A stretch of DNA of 64,000 bases, from the NCBI GenBank assembly GCA_041690355.1, contig JAWLHK010000011.1:1-64000 (forward strand), written 5' to 3'. Of the stretch, positions 58,168-64,000 are shown one piece after another (position 1 is the first letter of the stretch; each line of letters opens with the position of its first letter). The translations under genes and the position numbers were made by a program. The notes beneath the pieces were generated by a model that saw only the letters and a list, made by a program, of their open reading frames with translations, had not been told where the DNA came from and made no database searches. This DNA is from a bacterium (GTDB lineage: Bacteria; J088; JAWLBW01).

Positions 58168-59048
58168 CGGCTGCGATCGAGAAGGCTCTCGAGTTCGGTC
58201 CGATCGAACCGGTAGAACTCGTTGCAGAACTCACAGCGCACCTCGGCGCCGGCTTCCTTCTCGATCATGTCCTGCAGCTCGTCTTCACCCAGCGCGATGA
58301 GGGTGCGCTCGACGCGCGAGCGGGAACAGGGGCACCGGAAGCTGACCGGCTCGGTGGCGTTTACCTCGTACTGAAAGCCGTGGAACACGCGCTCGAGCAT
58401 GTACTCGGGGGCGTCTTCGCGGCGCAGCACGGTCTGCAGCGGCGGCAGCCCGAGCAGATTTCCCTCGAGCCTTGCGAAGGCGTCTTCGCCGGCCCCCGGC
58501 AGATTCTGCAGAAGCAGCCCGCCGGCCGCGGCGACCGACCCGTCATCGCCCAGCCAGAATCCGAGGTCGACGTGAGAGGGAATCTGGGCGCTGACCGAGA
58601 AATAGTGCGCAAGGTCGCCGGCGATGTCGCCGTGCAGCAGGGGGACGATTCCCTGATACCGCTCGCGCAGCCCCAGGTCGGAGGTGACGCTCAGGACGCC
58701 CGCCCCCAGGCCGCGGTTGACGTCGGGTTGCCCGTCGGGGCGCGGCGGGGCCTCGGCGTCGGGCGCCAGCACATAGCCGCGCACGTTGCCCTCGCCGTCA
58801 GCGTCGGCATAGACCTCCTTGAGCGGACCCGCGACCTTGAACTGCAGGCCGATGCGATGGTTTCCCTTGACCATGGTCGACGCAAGCAGGGCCGCATTGA
58901 GGGCCCGCCCCAGCGCGGCGGCGGCGAGCGGCCCCCCGCCGCCGCGCAGACGCGCCTCCTCACAGAGGCCGGTCGTAACGAGGGCGACCCCCCGGAGGTT
59001 CAGTTCCCGGCTGGTGACCCGGACACGACGATTACGATGTTCAGACAC
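58158..59048 (-). CDS. hslO: Hsp33 redox-regulated chaperone
   Basis: ALGRAL, GNVRGY, YQGIVPL, SAQIPS, CPCSR..CEFC zinc motif. Confidence 0.93.
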   Translation of the reverse strand: MSEHRNRRVRVTSRELNLRGVALVTTGLCEEARLRGGGGPLAAAALGRALNAALLASTMVKGNHRIGLQFKVAGPLKEVYADADGEGNVRGYVLAPDAEAPPRPDGQPDVNRGLGAGVLSVTSDLGLRERYQGIVPLLHGDIAGDLAHYFSVSAQIPSHVDLGFWLGDDGSVAAAGGLLLQNLPGAGEDAFARLEGNLLGLPPLQTVLRREDAPEYMLERVFHGFQYEVNATEPVSFRCPCSRSRVERTLIALGEDELQDMIEKEAGAEVRCEFCNEFYRFDRTELESLLDRSRQA

Positions 59049-59224
59049 AAAAAAACTCCGTTCTATACACTATAGCGAGAGACCGGCGCGGTTTCGACCA
59101 CAGGCGGTTGCTTCAGGGCCGGTATGCGAGCCTCGCCGCGTGGGAGAGCGCCCGGGAAGACGCAACGTACTGGCAAGCGGCCGAACCCTATGGTACGGTT
59201 TGTCTTACTGTGGAGTCGAACCTC

Positions 59225-59977
59225 ATGCGATCGGTTGTCTCTGTTGTTGCGCTCGCGTTCCTGCTCTCGGCCTGCAGCGGCCTGCCCAAGTCGCTGCAGC
59301 CCTACCGCGAAGATCCCACGGCTCTGGTCCACCAGATCGACCAGCACGTGTACTCGCCCGTCACGGCAGGCCTCAAGTCGCTGCAGGCCGACCTGCTCAT
59401 CGACGTCACCGGCTTCTTCCCCCCCGAACGCCGGCCGGCAGAGCCGGTCTGGGTGCCCGGCGGCTTCGTGTGGAGCGAGGGCAAAAGCGCCTTCCGCCTG
59501 GCGCTCCCCCCGAAAGCGGCCCAGCTCGAGGCCCAGCTGCTCAGGACGCTCGAGGGCAAGGAAGAAGACATCGTGAACCGCCCGTTCTCAGAGCGGCTGG
59601 CCGGCGACACCCTTTCGGTACAGAAAACCGACGACGACCGCCTGGCCGTCACGGCGCGCACCCCTTCGGGCAATACCTGGCGGCTGCGGGTCGACGAAAA
59701 CTTTCTCGTTCCCCAGGTCGAGGTCGACGCCGGCACCATGAAAATCCTGAGCGCCCTCGCCTATGACGATGCCCGGCCGGCACGGATTCAGGAAATCGCC
59801 ACCGAATACCTGGGTGCCCAGACGACCCGCGTGCTCGTGAAAATCGCCTACGAGACCGTCGAGGGCTTTGCGATCCCGAGCGAGCTGTCCTACACGGGGG
59901 CCGTGGGGCAGGTCCAATTTCCGCCCTTCACGATTCGTCTGCGCAATGTACGCGTCAACGAGCCTGTACGCCTCTGA
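59225..59977 (+). CDS. hypothetical lipoprotein
   Basis: GGAG RBS, lipobox LSAC, beta-rich C-terminus. Confidence 0.7.
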   Translation: MRSVVSVVALAFLLSACSGLPKSLQPYREDPTALVHQIDQHVYSPVTAGLKSLQADLLIDVTGFFPPERRPAEPVWVPGGFVWSEGKSAFRLALPPKAAQLEAQLLRTLEGKEEDIVNRPFSERLAGDTLSVQKTDDDRLAVTARTPSGNTWRLRVDENFLVPQVEVDAGTMKILSALAYDDARPARIQEIATEYLGAQTTRVLVKIAYETVEGFAIPSELSYTGAVGQVQFPPFTIRLRNVRVNEPVRL

Positions 59978-60169
59978 GCGGCCGGTGAGCCGCTTGAAAA
60001 TAACGCTGTTTGAAGAATTTCGGGTCGACAGGCGGTCAAGGGCCGCGTTACCATGCACTTTTACAGGGGTGAGACCGGAGCGACCCGCCGGAAGAACCTC
60101 GCCCCGACGCGCCAGCGGGCGCAGCGCCGCTTTACACCAAATCCCCCCTTTTCTGAGGAGAACCTGACC

Positions 60170-60463
60170 ATGGCTGAAAAGAAAACGTCGACCGGCAAGA
60201 CCCGCAAGCCCCCCGCCGCCTTCATGAAGCCGATGCAGCCCGATGCGGCGCTCGGCGCCGTCATCGGTGACAAGCCCATGCCACGCACCGAAGTCATGAA
60301 GAAGATCTGGGAGTACATCAAGAAGAACAATCTCCAGGACAAGCAGAAGAAGACCCTCATCAACGCCGACGACAACCTCAAGAAGGTCTTCAACGGCAAG
60401 GGTCAGGTGACGATGTTCGAGATGACCAAGCTCATCTACAGCCACCTGGGCGAAGCCAAGTAA
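60170..60463 (+). CDS. stand-alone SWIB/MDM2 domain protein
   Basis: AFMKP..L.AVIG..MPRTEV.KKIWEYIKKNNLQD..INAD..L..VF..MFEM. Confidence 0.92.
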   Translation: MAEKKTSTGKTRKPPAAFMKPMQPDAALGAVIGDKPMPRTEVMKKIWEYIKKNNLQDKQKKTLINADDNLKKVFNGKGQVTMFEMTKLIYSHLGEAK

Positions 60464-60488
60464 GTCCTTTCTACGAAGTGGATCGGAA

Positions 60489-60519
60489 AACGCGGCCCCG
60501 AGGGGCCGCGTTCTGTTTT
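60489..60519 (+). terminator. intrinsic terminator
   Basis: AACGCGGCCCC-GA-GGGGCCGCGTT followed by CTGTTTT. Confidence 0.8.
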
Positions 60520-60775
60520 CTGCGGGATGCTACAACGATGCTGACGCAGCCGGCCGGCGATGGGGATGCGTCCGGGCGGGGTAGCTCAGACACTCCGGTT
60601 CCCGGGCCGCGGGCCGAGGTTCGGGTCTGCGGCGGGGGTGCCGACCCCTCTCGGTGCTGACCGGGAGAACTGGCCCGAATGATGCCGGCGGCTCCATCCC
60701 TTTCAGCATAGGCCGACTGCGGCGGCCCCGCGCGGTCTCTGCCCCGCCTTTGGCGACGCGCCTTGACGCGGCCGG

Positions 60776-62587
60776 TCAGAGACGCACGGCGCCCGAGGTC
60801 AGCTTCGCGAAAAGTTCCTTGTCGACGGGGACATAGCGCTCTTTTTCCGGATCCCGGTAGAAGAGCGGGTCGGTGACCTGATCGGGGTCGAACCCTTCGC
60901 GCTGCAGCTCGACCTTGCGCAGCTTGAAGGTTCCCGTCAGCGAGGCCTCGCGCTGCCAGCGCAGAAACAGCGGCTGCGCGTACTCGGGCAGATTGCGGCG
61001 CACGTGATCGTACACCGAGGCCCAATCCGGTTCCGCATTCTCGGCCGAGTTGATCGAAGCCATCCCGGCCCGGCCGTCGGCGCCGGGAACTTCGACGCCG
61101 TAGACATTTGCGACTTCGATCTGCGGATGCATCGTCAACACGTCGGCGACCTCGTTGGTCGAGACGTTTTCTCCCTTCCAGCGATAGGTGTCGCCGATGC
61201 GGTCGACGAAGTAGAAGTAGCCGTCCTTGTCCATGCGCAGCAGGTCGCCGGTGCGAAAGTAGCGATCGCCTTGGACGAAAACGTCGGTCAGGATCTTCTT
61301 CTGCGTCGCCTTGTCGTCGGTATAGCCGTCGAAGCGGGTGTTGACTCGCTTGGGGTCGATACGGCCGAGCAGTTCGCCGGGCTCGTCGATGTCACAGGGG
61401 ATGCAGAAGCCGTCAGGCCCGCGCACGACCTCTTCGGTGATCGGATCCCATTTGACGAGCACGGTGTTGTAGATGCGCCGCGAGAGCACGTTCAGCTGCC
61501 CGACGGCGCCGAGGTGGCCGTTGAGGTTCATCATATTGGCATTGCCCTCAGTGGCCGCATAGAACTCGTGCACCTTCTCGATGCCGAAGCGGTCGACGAA
61601 CTGACGCCAGACCTCGGGACGCATGCCGTTGCCGGCCACGGCCCGCACCTTGTGCATGCGGTCGTCGGGGCGCGGCGGCTGTGCGACCAGATAGCGGCAG
61701 ACCTCGCCGATGTAGACGAAGACGGACGCTTCATACTTGCGCACGTCGTCCCAGAAGCGGCTCGCGCTGAACCTGCGGGCGAGCACGACCTGGCCGCCGA
61801 ACAGAAAACCCCAGCTCACCCCGAGCATGAAGGCGCTCGCGTGGTAGAGCGGCAAGCAGACGTAGACGACGTCATCGCTCCCGGCGGCCACCGCGATGCC
61901 GCCGATGCCGTAGCCGCCCGCAAAATAGCGGATGTTGGGGCAGCGCCCCGCCTTGGGGAGCCCCGTGGTACCCGACGTGTAGATATAGACGAGATAGTCG
62001 TTGCCGCGGGCGGCGTTCAGCCGCAGCCCCTGCAGAACAGCCGGGCCCGCCTGATCGGCCAGAGCCAGCAGGTCCTGCGCCCCTTCGGGAAGCGCCCGAT
62101 CGGGCTGCTCGCTGCGCTCGACCACCAGCTTTTCGCGCGGCAGGCTGAGCTCCGCCGCGATTTCGAGCACCGGATCGAGGCACTCGGCGCCGACGAACAG
62201 CGCCTTCATCCCCGAGGCTTCGAGCACGTGGCGCAGCGGCACCCCGGCGAGGTTCGTGTTGATGAGCGCCGCCGTGACCCCGAGCCGGTTGAGACCGTAT
62301 ACCATGAAAAGAAATTCAGGCCGGTTCTCCATGACGACCGCCGCGACGTCCCCCTTGCGCAGCCCGAGCGCCGCCGCCGCCTGCGCGTAGCGCGTCAGCT
62401 GGCGATCGAGTTCCGCATAGGTATACTGGCGGTCCTCGAAGCGCAGACAGACCTTCTGTCCCCGGGCGCGCGCGTGCTCGGCGATGACCTTCGCCGGCGA
62501 CATCTCGTCGTCGCCTTTGAGCGACAGCGTCTTGACCGCATTTCGCGCCCGGCGGGCGTTCAGCTTCGCAACGGTGAGGAGCGACAT
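60776..62587 (-). CDS. long-chain acyl-CoA synthetase (FATP/FadD6-like)
   Basis: YIYTSGTTGLPK, YIGEVCRYL, EFYAATEGN, DRIGDTYRWKGENVST. Confidence 0.93.
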   Translation of the reverse strand: MSLLTVAKLNARRARNAVKTLSLKGDDEMSPAKVIAEHARARGQKVCLRFEDRQYTYAELDRQLTRYAQAAAALGLRKGDVAAVVMENRPEFLFMVYGLNRLGVTAALINTNLAGVPLRHVLEASGMKALFVGAECLDPVLEIAAELSLPREKLVVERSEQPDRALPEGAQDLLALADQAGPAVLQGLRLNAARGNDYLVYIYTSGTTGLPKAGRCPNIRYFAGGYGIGGIAVAAGSDDVVYVCLPLYHASAFMLGVSWGFLFGGQVVLARRFSASRFWDDVRKYEASVFVYIGEVCRYLVAQPPRPDDRMHKVRAVAGNGMRPEVWRQFVDRFGIEKVHEFYAATEGNANMMNLNGHLGAVGQLNVLSRRIYNTVLVKWDPITEEVVRGPDGFCIPCDIDEPGELLGRIDPKRVNTRFDGYTDDKATQKKILTDVFVQGDRYFRTGDLLRMDKDGYFYFVDRIGDTYRWKGENVSTNEVADVLTMHPQIEVANVYGVEVPGADGRAGMASINSAENAEPDWASVYDHVRRNLPEYAQPLFLRWQREASLTGTFKLRKVELQREGFDPDQVTDPLFYRDPEKERYVPVDKELFAKLTSGAVRL

Positions 62588-62742
62588 GGATATACCTGTG
62601 AGAATCGGGGGTTCGCAGTGCGCCGAAGCGGGCCAGCCGCCCGGCGGGAGGTGAGACAGTATAACATGTCTACCCCGCGGTCGACGAAGCCTTGAGGCGC
62701 GCCGCAGTTTGCGCTTTACTATACCCTCCGCTCGAGTATCCG

Positions 62743-63654
62743 ATGCCTCCACGCAACCACCGCACGCTGACCGAACGCCCCGATCTGGTCTTCGACATCG
62801 AGACCATCCCCGATGCCGGGCTCTGCCGGGCCGTCTATGGGGAACCGGGCATGTCGGATGCCGAGGCCATCGAGGCGGCCCTGACCGCCCTCAACCGGCT
62901 CGAATCCGGCATCCTGCCCGAGGCGTTTCAGCGCCCCATCGTCATCGCCGGATGTCTTCTCGATTACCGTGCCCGGACGGTGCGTCCGTACCTGTTCATC
63001 GAGGGGCGCCCGCGTTCGCCCGACGAGCAGTCGATTCTCGCGAACTTCTGGCGCCTGCTCGAGCCCGACGACCACGAATCGCTCCCCCGGCGTCTCGTCA
63101 GCTTCAACGGCAAGGCCTTCGACATGCGTGTCATGGAGATCCGGTCGCTCCAGTACGAAAACTTGGGGAGCGCCGCCTATTTCAAGCCCTCGGAGAAGTA
63201 CGATACGTACCGGCACAAGTACAACGACGACGAACACCTCGATCTCTGCGACTACCTGCCGAACTACGGCAGCAAGGCCGGCTACAGCCTGCGCACAGTC
63301 GCCTCGCTGCTCGGCCTTCCCGGCAAGGACCAGATGGACGGGTCGCAGGTCTATCCGGTCTACCAGCAGGGAGGCATCATGCAGATTGCCGCCTACTGCT
63401 TCGAAGATGTCATCCAGACGGCGCTGATCAAGATGCGCCTCGATCGCCTGCGCGGAATTGTGCCGGTCGACGAGCTGCGCGACAGGGTCGCCTGGTTTCT
63501 CGACGCGGTCGAGCGTTTCCTGGTCGACCAGGCGGTGCCGATGGAGAGCGCCTTCGCCCATACGCTGGAGGAAGTGCGGCGCCGCTACCGCCCCGCCCTG
63601 CTCCCACCCGTCCTGCTTTCCGACACCCCGTCGCCCCCGGCCGGCGGCGAGTGA
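62743..63654 (+). CDS. stand-alone PolB-like DEDDy 3'-5' exonuclease
   Basis: FDIETIPD, SFNGKAFD, YCFEDV. Confidence 0.85.
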   Translation: MPPRNHRTLTERPDLVFDIETIPDAGLCRAVYGEPGMSDAEAIEAALTALNRLESGILPEAFQRPIVIAGCLLDYRARTVRPYLFIEGRPRSPDEQSILANFWRLLEPDDHESLPRRLVSFNGKAFDMRVMEIRSLQYENLGSAAYFKPSEKYDTYRHKYNDDEHLDLCDYLPNYGSKAGYSLRTVASLLGLPGKDQMDGSQVYPVYQQGGIMQIAAYCFEDVIQTALIKMRLDRLRGIVPVDELRDRVAWFLDAVERFLVDQAVPMESAFAHTLEEVRRRYRPALLPPVLLSDTPSPPAGGE

Positions 63655-63669
63655 GTCCCCCGAGAGCCC

Positions 63670-64000
63670 TCAGCTCGACTTGCCCGTGCCCATGGAGCCG
63701 TCCTTCCACTTCAGACGGCTCGAGCGGCGGTGGTCTTCCGGCGCAACCGGGGCGCCCGGACCGCCCATGCGCCGGTAGGGCTTGAACCGCGGTTCCCGGT
63801 TGTACAGGCTCGGCGTCTGCGCTTCGACATGGAGATTTTCGCGCGCGAATTCCTCAAAACGCGTTTCGTCGAGCCATGCGCTCGGGTGCACGCGAATCGG
63901 GACTCCGCGGAAGCGGGGGTTGTCGCGCAGCCGGTGGGCCAGCTGGTCGCGGGCGACCCCCGGGCCGAAGATGACGATCTCGCTCGCACCCGTCAGAAAC
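63670..64000 (-). CDS. 3' part of a hypothetical protein with an eRF1/baeRF domain-2-like motif
   Basis: FLTGASEIVIFGPGVARDQLAHRL... open to the window end. Confidence 0.45.
   Translation of the reverse strand, partial: FLTGASEIVIFGPGVARDQLAHRLRDNPRFRGVPIRVHPSAWLDETRFEEFARENLHVEAQTPSLYNREPRFKPYRRMGGPGAPVAPEDHRRSSRLKWKDGSMGTGKSS

Noticed and set aside
60575-60635. tRNA-like GGCGGGGTAGCTCAG and GGTTCGGGTC
   Set aside because: No D-stem closure, anticodon arm or acceptor 3' strand at tRNA spacing

Overview
High-GC (roughly 65-70% by eye) chromosomal segment of a diderm, LPS-producing bacterium. A MYXO-CTERM-like tail and FG-GAP lipoproteins suggest Myxococcota or a related deltaproteobacterial lineage (inference). 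The first ~30 kb is an accessory patchwork: small VOC, SRPBCC and DUF genes with TetR, ArsR and LysR regulators, a DrrAB-type ABC exporter, four toxin-antitoxin loci (HipBA, HigBA, an orphan AbrB, and an addiction module with a frameshifted toxin), a 243-bp IS21 remnant, several pseudogenes and large surface lipoproteins. From 30 to 39.5 kb lie an FG-GAP lipoprotein/OmpA-family pair, DUF4349, a quinone oxidoreductase and an MFS transporter. From 39.8 to 52 kb is a lipid A cluster (skp-lpxD-lpxA-lpxB-msbA-DUF374-waaA-lpxK) continuing into two ICMT/LmtA-like methyltransferases flanking gmhB, then sfsA and mutY. The end holds PMM/PGM, a heparinase II/III-like secreted enzyme, hslO, a SWIB protein, an acyl-CoA synthetase and a PolB-like exonuclease. 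The most striking unexplained structure is non-coding: a modular family of 7-nt tandem repeats with a GCAAGGGC...CCTTGCCGG hairpin, plus a ~128-bp cruciform palindrome in 3.5 copies. These sit right after stop codons and bracket single genes as direct repeats. No rRNA, tRNA or CRISPR array was seen.
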